A DNA stretch of 64,000 nucleotides. Source: an uncultured bacterium (GTDB lineage Bacteria; Hinthialibacterota; Hinthialibacteria; Hinthialibacterales; Hinthialibacteraceae). The first letter of the stretch is position 1. Each line of letters opens with the position of its first letter. The notes below the pieces were generated by a model, which saw nothing but the letters and a program-made list of their open reading frames with translations, searched no databases and had not been told where the DNA came from. Of the stretch, positions 46,673 through 55,885 are shown one piece after another. A program made the translations under genes and the position numbers. The DNA is taken from assembly GCA_964419335.1 (NCBI GenBank), contig CAYQOX010000023.1, forward strand, positions 2,946-66,945, read 5' to 3'.

Positions 46673-48325
46673 TTAACGTCGTGATCTTTTATCTTCCCAG
46701 TCCAAACGACAAGTCATGTTAAATTCAAGCACCTCTTTTTTTGAAGCCGAACCAAGCTCCAATTCCTTCGAATTGGTGTTATGCGTAATTCGAATCGAAT
46801 CACCCAGGGCAGAACCCAACTCGTCTAAAAGCGCGAGAAAAGCATCCTCATTGGGTACTTGACCATTGATTTCCAACGATTGCCGTTTGGTAAAAGTAAT
46901 ATTGCTGATATAAACTTCCCGTCCTTGAAATAAGTTCATTATATTACGAAGAATAACAAGAACGGATTGATCCTTATCGAGATACTCATCGACGTTATTA
47001 ATCTTGGAGCGCATGGTGTTGAGCGCATTGGTATCCTGCGCAAGATCGTTATAAAACACACGCATTTTCGAAGACTCTTTGTATTTTTGGTGCCAAGCAA
47101 GAAATCCCGCTCCCGCCAACAATGTAAAGATAAGAAAAACAAACAAGGCTATGTTTTTACGAAAAGTCGAACGCTGCCGAGCCTCTCGGTTTTGTACAAA
47201 TTCATCTGGCAACAAGTTGACACCATTCTCGGGCTTATCCAACCCCCGCAAAGCCAATCCCACAGGCGTGGACATCTCGGTCCCCTTGTATTGATCGCTG
47301 GCCGGGAGTTCACCATTAAGCGGTGTTTCTATGGTGGCATTGGTTTTAATACGCAGATTCATTCCTCGGGGCGGCCCCGCCGGGAAATACCCTGCCCCCC
47401 CGCAAAGGATCATGCGATTGATCTTTAATCCTTCATGCTCGCTGCCAAACGCGCTTACCGAACGCAGTAATTCCATGCTGAGATGATCTACCCATTGGGA
47501 AAAATGCTCCTGCTCATGGGGATGTAAAGCTCCCGAAGCCGTTATCCTTCCTTGTAAATCGTTCCAACTTTTAGCCCCATTAAAACCTTTTAAGAGGCGA
47601 TTTTCGTTGACTGGCAAACTTCGGCTAAATAAGATCACCCCTTGATGAAGAATTCCCAGTTTTACGCTAGAGCGCCCAAAATCTGCAATTGCCACGGTCT
47701 CTTCAGGCGGAATCATCCGTTCATAAGCGGCACATGCAGAGAAGATATCCACATCAATGGTTTCTACCTCGATATTGAGTTCATTGCACATGTCCATGTA
47801 GGGTTTAATTTCACGCCGAAGTACACACACCATCATGATGCGGGATTCATGATCACTAATCCGTTCAATAACCTTAAAGGAAATGACTAAATCCTCCATA
47901 GGAAAAGGCACATGACGCTCTACATCAAAAAGAAGCATTTCTCTTAATTCCTCGATATCGGAGGACGGCAAAGTCAAATAACGAATGGTAACCAAATCCC
48001 GGGGAAAACCTAAAACCACTCGACCTTCGAGTTTGCCATGCGTTTTGACCGCTTCTTTTAAAGCCTCTTTTTGACGGTTAAGTTTTTCTTCGGGATACTC
48101 GGCACCCTCGGGGTCAGAAAGGGGCACAACCGTAACTTTCCGAATATCAATATTATTCAAATCATCCCCCGCCATCGTGATAATCTTCACAGAGAATGAG
48201 CCAATATCAATACCCGTTGAAAAGCGTTTTCCCCGCCCCAATTTTTTCTGCTGGTTTTGGGTGGTTTTCGCTTGCGTTTTTGGGGATGCGGTCGTTCTTT
48301 GTCGTTGTCTTCTCGCGCGTGCCAT
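46673..48325 (-). CDS. gspL: GspL-like assembly protein (PilM actin-like ATPase domain fused to PilN-like TM/periplasmic domain)
   Basis: 550 aa. GIDIGSFSVKIITM and ILCGGAGY actin-fold motifs, a TM helix near aa 400, PilN-like C-terminus. Confidence 0.78.
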   Translation of the reverse strand: MARARRQRQRTTASPKTQAKTTQNQQKKLGRGKRFSTGIDIGSFSVKIITMAGDDLNNIDIRKVTVVPLSDPEGAEYPEEKLNRQKEALKEAVKTHGKLEGRVVLGFPRDLVTIRYLTLPSSDIEELREMLLFDVERHVPFPMEDLVISFKVIERISDHESRIMMVCVLRREIKPYMDMCNELNIEVETIDVDIFSACAAYERMIPPEETVAIADFGRSSVKLGILHQGVILFSRSLPVNENRLLKGFNGAKSWNDLQGRITASGALHPHEQEHFSQWVDHLSMELLRSVSAFGSEHEGLKINRMILCGGAGYFPAGPPRGMNLRIKTNATIETPLNGELPASDQYKGTEMSTPVGLALRGLDKPENGVNLLPDEFVQNREARQRSTFRKNIALFVFLIFTLLAGAGFLAWHQKYKESSKMRVFYNDLAQDTNALNTMRSKINNVDEYLDKDQSVLVILRNIMNLFQGREVYISNITFTKRQSLEINGQVPNEDAFLALLDELGSALGDSIRITHNTNSKELELGSASKKEVLEFNMTCRLDWEDKRSRR

Positions 48326-48393
48326 AGTTATCTTAAATCCTAATTGTTTTTAACTCTCAAAACCAAAATCCAATGCCAGCGATGTAAAAAGTT

Positions 48394-49686
48394 CTAACTT
48401 AACTTCTCAATCTGTTCTCGAACATTATAAAGCGGTTCAATAAAGCGTATATGAGCTCTTGATTGCTGTAAGTCGCTCAATTCAAACGTATCCACCCCGA
48501 AAACAGGAAGACGATCCCACGGGATGTAAGTCCTCGCCACGATAGCGCGATACCCTTTTTGAATCCCTTCATATTCCGCCATACATGTCACAGTGAATTT
48601 ATTGGAAGAGATGGAAGCATAACTTTCGGTCAAAAATTTCATAATATCTTCTGTAAAACCATTGACCTCGGTAAAGTGCATATCATCCATGTCCGAATTA
48701 TCAATGGTTTTCAATACATGATCATCCGCCGTATAAATAATCCCATCGCGTCCATCGCGATAATCCGCCCATTCCAACGCTAAACTTTCGGCACTATCGC
48801 CTAATGTGGGATAAAGAATCGCTTCGAAGACCTCGGGTTTAACTGTGTTTAAATTAATGCGATTTGTATACACCGTGAGAAAATTCGCCAACCCAAGATA
48901 TTCTCCTTTTCGCAAATGACGCCGTCCAAATCGCCCCCGTGATTGTTGTTCGTTCGGATCGATCGTGCCAAAAACAATTTCAGGCGTCATCCCCGGAATC
49001 AACAGGAGCTCATCCACGGTTTCAAGAGGTGCGTTTTTAATCATCACTTCCGGGATTTCCACCTCGTTGCGAGATCGGCGTTGGCGAGGATTATAATACG
49101 CCACCTCATCACTTCCATCACGGCCAAAACTGCTCTCACCGGTATCCGTCACCACCGAATCACGATCCCGCCAATCAATCAAGGCTCCCGCTAAATGCAT
49201 GGCCTCATCTTCTTCCACTCCCGTGAGTTCAATAAGGCGGGCAATTTGCTCGATATTGGTTTTCATATTATTAATGGGGAATTTGGCGGACTCATCTTCT
49301 ACAGTTACATAATAATAGCCAACCTTCTCTCCCGCCTCATAGAAGGGAAAATCAATATACAAATTATCGTTATCGACTTCGCCTTCAGCCCACGCTTCAT
49401 TCCCACCGTCATAGGAGAAGACATCATCCTCTTTAAACGAAAATACAGTTGAAAACCGATCTTCTCCACTATCTTTTATTTTATCTTCTTGCAATAAGAT
49501 CACCGCTTGACGTAACCCCACTTTGGCGAGTTCTTCGACCACCGTAACATCCCGTTGAAAACCAACCATTTTTATCTCCATACGCACTTGCTTGACATAA
49601 GACAGGGCAACGATGGACAAAACTACAATCACCCATAAGGTAATAACGAGCACAATCCCTTGCTGGTTTTCTTTTATGTTTCTCAT
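48394..49686 (-). CDS. gspK: minor pseudopilin GspK-like
   Basis: Starts MRNIKENQQGIVLVITLWVIVVLSIVAL (GspK-type non-cleaved hydrophobic N-terminus). ATG is 1 nt after the gspJ stop (TAAcATG). ORF open to 49836. Confidence 0.75.
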   Translation of the reverse strand: MRNIKENQQGIVLVITLWVIVVLSIVALSYVKQVRMEIKMVGFQRDVTVVEELAKVGLRQAVILLQEDKIKDSGEDRFSTVFSFKEDDVFSYDGGNEAWAEGEVDNDNLYIDFPFYEAGEKVGYYYVTVEDESAKFPINNMKTNIEQIARLIELTGVEEDEAMHLAGALIDWRDRDSVVTDTGESSFGRDGSDEVAYYNPRQRRSRNEVEIPEVMIKNAPLETVDELLLIPGMTPEIVFGTIDPNEQQSRGRFGRRHLRKGEYLGLANFLTVYTNRINLNTVKPEVFEAILYPTLGDSAESLALEWADYRDGRDGIIYTADDHVLKTIDNSDMDDMHFTEVNGFTEDIMKFLTESYASISSNKFTVTCMAEYEGIQKGYRAIVARTYIPWDRLPVFGVDTFELSDLQQSRAHIRFIEPLYNVREQIEKLS

Positions 49687-49687
49687 G

Positions 49688-50737
49688 TTATTGGCTCCTT
49701 TGGAGTTGCGGTAATGGATTACCTGGATTCCGAGGAGCAGCCCGTTGTCCTGCAGGCGCTGGGGCAGCCGAACCGGTTTCACGGGGAGGAGCACCCTCAT
49801 TGGGCTGCCGTACGCTTCCTCCATCTCCCCGCTCAAAAAATTCAGGCCCCCTTTGCTGATTTCCTGCGGGAATATCAGAAGCCGTGGTCAATATTTCGCC
49901 GTTCTCTAATTCCAGCGTAATTTGCACAATCGCTGGTAATCCAATCTCCCGCAGACGAACATCTTTGTGAGGATCAAAGTTGGGACTTTGTGGAGAGATT
50001 AGATTTTCCGATATGATTTTTTGTGAATCCCAAGAAGATTGCCACCGCTCTCCGCGTGAATAGCGAAAAGAAATCGAGTCAATTCCCTCCGCGATAACAT
50101 GACGACGCTCAAGCCGCCCGTAACTGCCAATAAACTCCGTCAAGGGCATAGGTTCTTCAGGAGAGACCTCGCGATAACGGATGGGCTGTCCTTGATCAGA
50201 AATCACAGTCCCGGCTAGATTGGTATCAAATAAAGAGGCAAAGAACCAAGAAGCCTGTTTGACAGATAACAAAGAACGAAGGATATCCAAGACTAAACGA
50301 CCATCCTCCACATGAAGACGGCATTCCTGCAAATCGAAAGGTGGATTCAATCCCATCTGATATTTCTTACGCACAAACAAAACCGAATTTTTTTTGCCAC
50401 GAAAACGAATGGCACCGGGATCATGTTCTCGAATCATTTCTCTTTGAGATTCTTCGAGAATAAAGTGCATTTGATCTGGATCGTAAAACTCGATGGAATC
50501 CTCGGGTCGCCAAAAAGCATCCGCCGCCAAGGCAAATCGTAGTTCCTCAGAGACTTGACGTAACCCAATACGTCCATTTTGATAAAGTTCCATCGCGCGT
50601 TGTCCACGTTCGAAAGCATCCATGCCTGCCTGCATAGCCGCAAACACGCTGCCAAGCACCAAAGCCAAGATGGTCATACCCAAGAGCATCTCGACTAAAG
50701 TAAATCCTTGTTTAAACGAGCGGATTTCACGCATCAT
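49688..50737 (-). CDS. gspJ: minor pseudopilin GspJ-like
   Basis: FKQGFTLVEMLLGMTILALV prepilin signal. 349 aa. Pro/Gly/Arg-rich C-terminal tail. Confidence 0.7.
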   Translation of the reverse strand: MMREIRSFKQGFTLVEMLLGMTILALVLGSVFAAMQAGMDAFERGQRAMELYQNGRIGLRQVSEELRFALAADAFWRPEDSIEFYDPDQMHFILEESQREMIREHDPGAIRFRGKKNSVLFVRKKYQMGLNPPFDLQECRLHVEDGRLVLDILRSLLSVKQASWFFASLFDTNLAGTVISDQGQPIRYREVSPEEPMPLTEFIGSYGRLERRHVIAEGIDSISFRYSRGERWQSSWDSQKIISENLISPQSPNFDPHKDVRLREIGLPAIVQITLELENGEILTTASDIPAGNQQRGPEFFERGDGGSVRQPNEGAPPRETGSAAPAPAGQRAAPRNPGNPLPQLQRSQ

Positions 50738-51312
50738 CGTCGGCCTCGTCTGGATCGGCTTCCTTGTTGACGACTATTTCCCCGGCGTCCGGGTTGGGTA
50801 CCAAAAACAAGATCTTCATTATAACTGCCCATAGGAACTAAGGTTTTCAACTTAAAACTATCGGATCGATTATTATAAGAACGATAGCGTCGGCCTCGTC
50901 CTCGTTGCTCCTCTCCCCAAATTGTCCATACTTCTATAATGTACGCTTTGCGCCGAGGGTCGGCTTCTACGGTAGCGACCCAATTAAAATTCGGCTCTCC
51001 CATAGGCCTATAATTTCCACGAAATTCACCTGTTGAGGCTTCCTCCCGCATTTGCCCATGATAACTTAATTCGAATTCATGCAGTTTCGCTTGCGTAAGA
51101 TAAACAGCCTTTGTCGTCTGATGAACCATTTTAGAAGCATTCATCGAATTCATAATGGACCTCATCAAGACAGTCCCCGCGATAGCCAAGATTGTCATGG
51201 ACATGAGCACTTCAAGCATGACAAAGGCACTCAAGGTGCAGCGCCCCTTTCGTGTAAAGGGAAAAGACCAAAGTATGCTTCTTGTATCACTATCGGAACG
51301 ATGGACTTTCAT
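50734..51312 (-). CDS. gspI: minor pseudopilin GspI-like (atypical leader)
   Basis: SAFVMLEVLMSMTILAIAG hydrophobic pilin helix with Glu+5 but Ala at -1 and a ~29-aa leader. Operon position between gspH and gspJ. Confidence 0.6.
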   Translation of the reverse strand: MKVHRSDSDTRSILWSFPFTRKGRCTLSAFVMLEVLMSMTILAIAGTVLMRSIMNSMNASKMVHQTTKAVYLTQAKLHEFELSYHGQMREEASTGEFRGNYRPMGEPNFNWVATVEADPRRKAYIIEVWTIWGEEQRGRGRRYRSYNNRSDSFKLKTLVPMGSYNEDLVFGTQPGRRGNSRQQGSRSRRGRR

Positions 51313-51931
51313 AATAGCCTCGATAGAAGTCGGACCCCTCTTCTTCGGTCTGGCCTGTCATATTCTCAACTCGCCCGGTGGTGGGAACAATCTTGATGAA
51401 GATTCTTCGCTCGTCCTCTTCTTTTTTGGCCAAACGAAGAATCGTGAAATAAGCGGCATCGGCGGAGCCCTCAGGATAAAACGTAAACTCCCCTTCTCCT
51501 CTTCGAATTTCGTTATCTTCAGCGACTTTGTAAACAAACTCAAAAATGTAGCCCTTGGGCAAGGAAGAATGTATTTCCTTGACCTCATTCACACGACGCC
51601 TTCTGTTACTTGAAGATGCCCGCGGATGACGTCGCGGATGACGCCGGCGTGAACGGTAATGCCGGCGTTCTTTAGGCTCTTCCACAGGAACCCAGTACGT
51701 TTGCTCCTCTACATCCACATAGAGGCGTATAGGGATTCTCTCCATAACAGCCCGTTGCTGCGCATAGCGGATAGCCCCTATGAAGTCCGATGCCGCTTGG
51801 CGCATTTCAGAGCGTTCGTAAATTTGCGTAAAACTGGGGAGACCAATAACCGTAATCAAAGCCAGCAGCAATACGACAAGACTGAGCTCGATTAAAGTAA
51901 ATCCCCCCTGCTTTTCTCGAAACGCATGCAT
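51290..51931 (-). CDS. gspH: minor pseudopilin GspH-like with Arg-rich insertion
   Basis: MHAFREKQGGFTLIELSLVVLLLALI prepilin signal. GAGGA SD before ATG 51931. ORF open to 51997. Confidence 0.7.
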   Translation of the reverse strand: MHAFREKQGGFTLIELSLVVLLLALITVIGLPSFTQIYERSEMRQAASDFIGAIRYAQQRAVMERIPIRLYVDVEEQTYWVPVEEPKERRHYRSRRRHPRRHPRASSSNRRRRVNEVKEIHSSLPKGYIFEFVYKVAEDNEIRRGEGEFTFYPEGSADAAYFTILRLAKKEEDERRIFIKIVPTTGRVENMTGQTEEEGSDFYRGYYESPSFR

Positions 51932-51981
51932 AAATACTCGATTCCTCGTTCTTTCGAGTTTGTCTCTCGCGCGATCGCTTC

Positions 51982-52398
51982 TTATTCTTCGTCCCAATTA
52001 CCGATATCGTCCTCGGTTCCTTCTTGCCCATCAGGACCGACAGAATAAAGATCATACTCAATACCACGGGTACCGGGATACTGATAACGGTATTCATTTC
52101 CCCATGGATCCTTAATGATCTTGCGAGTCAAGAAGGGCTTTGTCCAACCTTCAACACCGGGATCCTCGACCAATGCCTGTAGCCCCTGTTCTGTGGTTGG
52201 ATAACCGCCAATCGTAAGATCATACATACCCAGAGCCGTACTCAAGGTAGCGATATCGTTACGGGCACGAGTCTTTTTGGCTTCATCTGCACGACCACTA
52301 AAGTTCACCAAAACGGCACCCGCTAAAATCCCAATAATCGTTACAACCAAGAGCAATTCGACGAGTGTAAATGCTTTTTCGTTGTTTCTGGATTGCAT
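51982..52398 (-). CDS. gspG: major pseudopilin GspG
   Basis: 138 aa. NEKAFTLVELLLVVTIIGILAG, then DPWGNEYRY and GPDGQEGTEDDI (GspG calcium-loop region). Confidence 0.9.
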   Translation of the reverse strand: MQSRNNEKAFTLVELLLVVTIIGILAGAVLVNFSGRADEAKKTRARNDIATLSTALGMYDLTIGGYPTTEQGLQALVEDPGVEGWTKPFLTRKIIKDPWGNEYRYQYPGTRGIEYDLYSVGPDGQEGTEDDIGNWDEE

Positions 52399-52462
52399 GA
52401 GGCAACCTCCTTTACGTTGTTATGTTAGGATCGTGTTACCGATCTTTCATTAAAATATTATA

Positions 52463-53674
52463 TTACATCCCCTGACTAATCGTAAAAATTGGCATAATCA
52501 TGGCAAAAACAATAAATCCAACGATGAGCGCCATAAAGACTATCATCACCGGCTCGATAATCGTCGTCAGGGCTTTAATCACGCGTTCAGTTTCCGTTTC
52601 AAATGTATCGGCCACCCGTTGCAAGGTTGTTTCTAGGTTTCCCGTTTCTTCACCGACAGATACCATATTCACCGCGACCGGTGGAAAGATTTCCGAGGCT
52701 TCCATACGATCGGAAAGTTTCGCCCCTTCTTTTATATAGTCAGCAAACAATTCGACTTCCTTCTTTAACACCCGGTTAATTACGACTTTTTCGGTGATTG
52801 ACAATGCCTTTAAAATAGTCACACCGTTAGCGAGAAGGGTTCCCAATGTACGAGAAAACTTGGCAATCTCACGTTTTTGAATCAAATCTCCAATCAGAGG
52901 AAGCGATAATTTAAATTTATCAAACTGCATGCCTCCGGCTTCTGTTTTAATATATCGAAAGAACGAAAACCCGAAAAAAATCAAACCAATAAGGAATACC
53001 CACCAATATCCCGACACCAATTCACTCACCATCATTAACATTTGAGTCGAAAGAGGGAGTTCAACATCGGATTCTTCAAACATCACCATGAAATTGGGAA
53101 CAACGACTGTAAACAAGATAATAATAACAAAGATGCAAACCACGACCATAAAACCGGGATAAGTCAACGAGGAGATAATTTTGCTCCGGGTTTCTTGTTC
53201 ATTTTCTAAAAAACCGGCTAGACGTTCCATAACCGCATCCAACATCCCACCCACTTCTCCCGCATGCACCATGCTGCAATAGAGTTTATTGAAGATGCGG
53301 GGATGCTTGGCCAAGGCATCTGACAAAGCCGTTCCTCCAGAAACTTCTGAATTGACGTTTCTAATCACTTCAGCCAATCGCGGATTAGCCGTTTGCTGAC
53401 TGATAACATCCATGCAGCGAACTAAGGGTAATCCCGCGCGAAGCAAATCGCTCAATTGGCGGCTGAAGGTCGTCACATCTTTCCCCGTCACCCGGCGAAT
53501 CGAATTGAAAGAAACCTCAGCATTCAAGCCTTTTCCGCCGCCCATTTCTTTCACAGAGATGGGAAAGACCTGCATTTTTTGAAGCTTGTTAATCACCAAA
53601 CGTTGATTATCCGCTTCAAGTTCTCCTTCAATCACTTCTCCCGATAACTTTTTGGCTTTGTACTGAAATTTCAT
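52463..53674 (-). CDS. gspF: type II secretion/type IV pilus platform protein GspF/PilC
   Basis: 403 aa. Two T2SSF repeats, 3 TM helices. EEGAKLSD/AGEVGG-type motifs. Confidence 0.92.
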   Translation of the reverse strand: MKFQYKAKKLSGEVIEGELEADNQRLVINKLQKMQVFPISVKEMGGGKGLNAEVSFNSIRRVTGKDVTTFSRQLSDLLRAGLPLVRCMDVISQQTANPRLAEVIRNVNSEVSGGTALSDALAKHPRIFNKLYCSMVHAGEVGGMLDAVMERLAGFLENEQETRSKIISSLTYPGFMVVVCIFVIIILFTVVVPNFMVMFEESDVELPLSTQMLMMVSELVSGYWWVFLIGLIFFGFSFFRYIKTEAGGMQFDKFKLSLPLIGDLIQKREIAKFSRTLGTLLANGVTILKALSITEKVVINRVLKKEVELFADYIKEGAKLSDRMEASEIFPPVAVNMVSVGEETGNLETTLQRVADTFETETERVIKALTTIIEPVMIVFMALIVGFIVFAMIMPIFTISQGM

Positions 53675-53684
53675 CGTTTGCCTT

Positions 53685-55388
53685 TTACCACTCCTGAGTT
53701 ACTCGAATCAATTCTTCTACTGTAGATTCGCCCTTTTGCACCTTCTCTAAGGCACACATCCGCAAGGTTCTCATTCCATCGGTTAACGCTTGCTGTTTAA
53801 TTCGACTCGCCGCCACCCGTTGCACTGTCAGTTCGCGTAGTTCCTCATTCATATCCATAATTTCATAAATCGCAGTCCGTCCACGGTACCCAAGGAACTT
53901 ACATTCTTCACAACCGCGGCCGCGATAATATTTCATCCCTTCATATTCAGGCCCCGTCAGCCCAAGGCCTTTAAGAATATCATGCTCTGGTTCATATTCT
54001 TCTTTGCAATAAGGACAGATTCGACGCATCAAGCGCTGTGCCACTACGCCAATAATGGAAGAAGAGACAAGATAGGGCTCTACCCCCATATCAATCAAAC
54101 GGGTAATGGCTCCAGGCGCGTCGTTGGTGTGGAGCGTCGTAAAAACCAAGTGCCCCGTCAGTGCGGATTGGATCGCGATTTCAGCGGTTTCATGGTCACG
54201 GGTTTCTCCGACGAGAATAATATCCGGGTCCTGACGCAAGAAAGACCGTAACACATTGGCGAACTTCAATCCAATCTTGGTATTCACTTGAACCTGCACA
54301 ATCCCATGCAAATGGTATTCAATCGGCTCTTCGATAGTGAGAATCTTGACATCCATCTTGTTCAACTGAGACAAGGTAGCATACAGGGTCGTGGTTTTCC
54401 CACTGCCCGTGGGCCCCGTAACAAGAATAATCCCGTGCGGTTTATTAATAATATTTTTGAATCTACTCAAAGAATATTCATCGAAACCCAGTTTTGGTAA
54501 TTCGAAGATCGTATCCCCACGGTTGAGAATACGAATCACAATACTCTCTCCATAAGGGGTGGGTACCGTGGAAACACGAAGGTCAAACTCCATATTCCCA
54601 CTTTTAATATTGATACGCCCGTCCTGGGGCAAACGCCGCTCAGCGATATTCATATCAGCCATGATTTTAATACGGGAAATCACCGCAGCCTGATAACGAC
54701 GGATGTTGGGAGGAATCGCGGCTTCATACAGCAAACCGTCAATACGATAACGAATGCGGAGTTCATCCTCAAAAGGTTCGAAGTGAATATCGGTCGCCCG
54801 GTCATTGACGGCTTCGGTCATGATCTGGTTCACAAATCGGATAATGGAAGCATCTTCGCTGAGTTCCTCAATATTATCTTTTTCGAGAATTTCCTCTTCC
54901 TCTTCACCATCATCTTCCATCATCCCTTCAACCGTATCCGCTCCGATCCCGTAATATTGCTTGATCGCATTTTTTATATCATCACTGGGTGCGAGTAGAG
55001 GCTCTACATCGCATTTCAGCAATAGCCGCAAATCATCGAGAGCATGAAAATTCAAGGGATCGGCCGTGGCAATACGAAGAGTATCGCCTTGACGTTCAAT
55101 CGGTAAGATGTTATATCGATGCACAAAACGTATCGGAATTTGACGCAATATTTCCGGAGTAAGTTTTCTTCCCGCCACATCAACGGTTTCTACGCCCAAA
55201 TGATGCGATAGAGTTTCCAGGATATGATCCTCGGGAACAATATCATTTTCAACGAGAATCGTATCCAGATTTTTCCCTGTTTTCTCTTGCATCGCCACCG
55301 CACGATTCAGCTCATCCGAATCGACCAGCTGTAATGAACGTAGTAATTCGCCGTATCGTTTTCCAAGAGTCCCTGGCGCTTGCTTCAT
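53685..55388 (-). CDS. gspE: type II secretion ATPase GspE (with MshEN-like N-terminal domain)
   Basis: 567 aa. GPTGSGKTT Walker A, Asp box, ILVGETRD Walker B, His box LTGHLVFTTLHTN, tetracysteine CPYC...CEEC. Confidence 0.94.
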   Translation of the reverse strand: MKQAPGTLGKRYGELLRSLQLVDSDELNRAVAMQEKTGKNLDTILVENDIVPEDHILETLSHHLGVETVDVAGRKLTPEILRQIPIRFVHRYNILPIERQGDTLRIATADPLNFHALDDLRLLLKCDVEPLLAPSDDIKNAIKQYYGIGADTVEGMMEDDGEEEEEILEKDNIEELSEDASIIRFVNQIMTEAVNDRATDIHFEPFEDELRIRYRIDGLLYEAAIPPNIRRYQAAVISRIKIMADMNIAERRLPQDGRINIKSGNMEFDLRVSTVPTPYGESIVIRILNRGDTIFELPKLGFDEYSLSRFKNIINKPHGIILVTGPTGSGKTTTLYATLSQLNKMDVKILTIEEPIEYHLHGIVQVQVNTKIGLKFANVLRSFLRQDPDIILVGETRDHETAEIAIQSALTGHLVFTTLHTNDAPGAITRLIDMGVEPYLVSSSIIGVVAQRLMRRICPYCKEEYEPEHDILKGLGLTGPEYEGMKYYRGRGCEECKFLGYRGRTAIYEIMDMNEELRELTVQRVAASRIKQQALTDGMRTLRMCALEKVQKGESTVEELIRVTQEW

Positions 55389-55415
55389 TCTTCTTCCACC
55401 TTCTTTTTTCGGTGA

Positions 55416-55444
55416 ATGATATTTCTTTTATGAATATCTAGCAA
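55416..55444 (-). promoter_or_regulatory. candidate sigma-70 promoter of the gsp operon
   Basis: Minus strand reads TTGCTA-N17-TATCAT, ~25 nt upstream of the AAGGTGGA SD and gspE ATG. Confidence 0.3.
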
Positions 55445-55885
55445 ATAGATTGCCAATTAAGATCGCTCTCACCTTTTACTTTTTAAGTAAAGTTATATCA
55501 GATAGTTATAAAAATATAAAAAGGATCGATTCTTTTACTCGATCACGAGAAATACCTGACTAAAATCGTGTTTTTACGATGGCGCTCGGATTTTTACGAT
55601 TGGGACCCAAACTTAAAAAAGAGCCATACTCGCTGCGATGAGTATACACCTTGACCTCCCCACCACAACGAATGACTCTTCCAATCCCTATGATAACCCT
55701 ATGGGCAAAAATGTGAATTGATTTTTTTTTGCGAGAAATACACGTGGAAAATATTAGTAAAAATAAAATAATACATGCCCCATCAAAACCCAATAAAGCG
55801 CATTCGATGACTAAGGGGAAAAAGATAATAGCGGTTTGTGAGGCGCTTGTCACTCATTCTGAATGGGAAGATGATGCGTAACCTC

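Noticed and set aside
55560-55853. 97-aa minus-strand ORF between the ABC-F gene and gspE
   Set aside because: It has no SD, an odd composition, and overlaps a likely promoter/UTR region. It is not supported as a gene.
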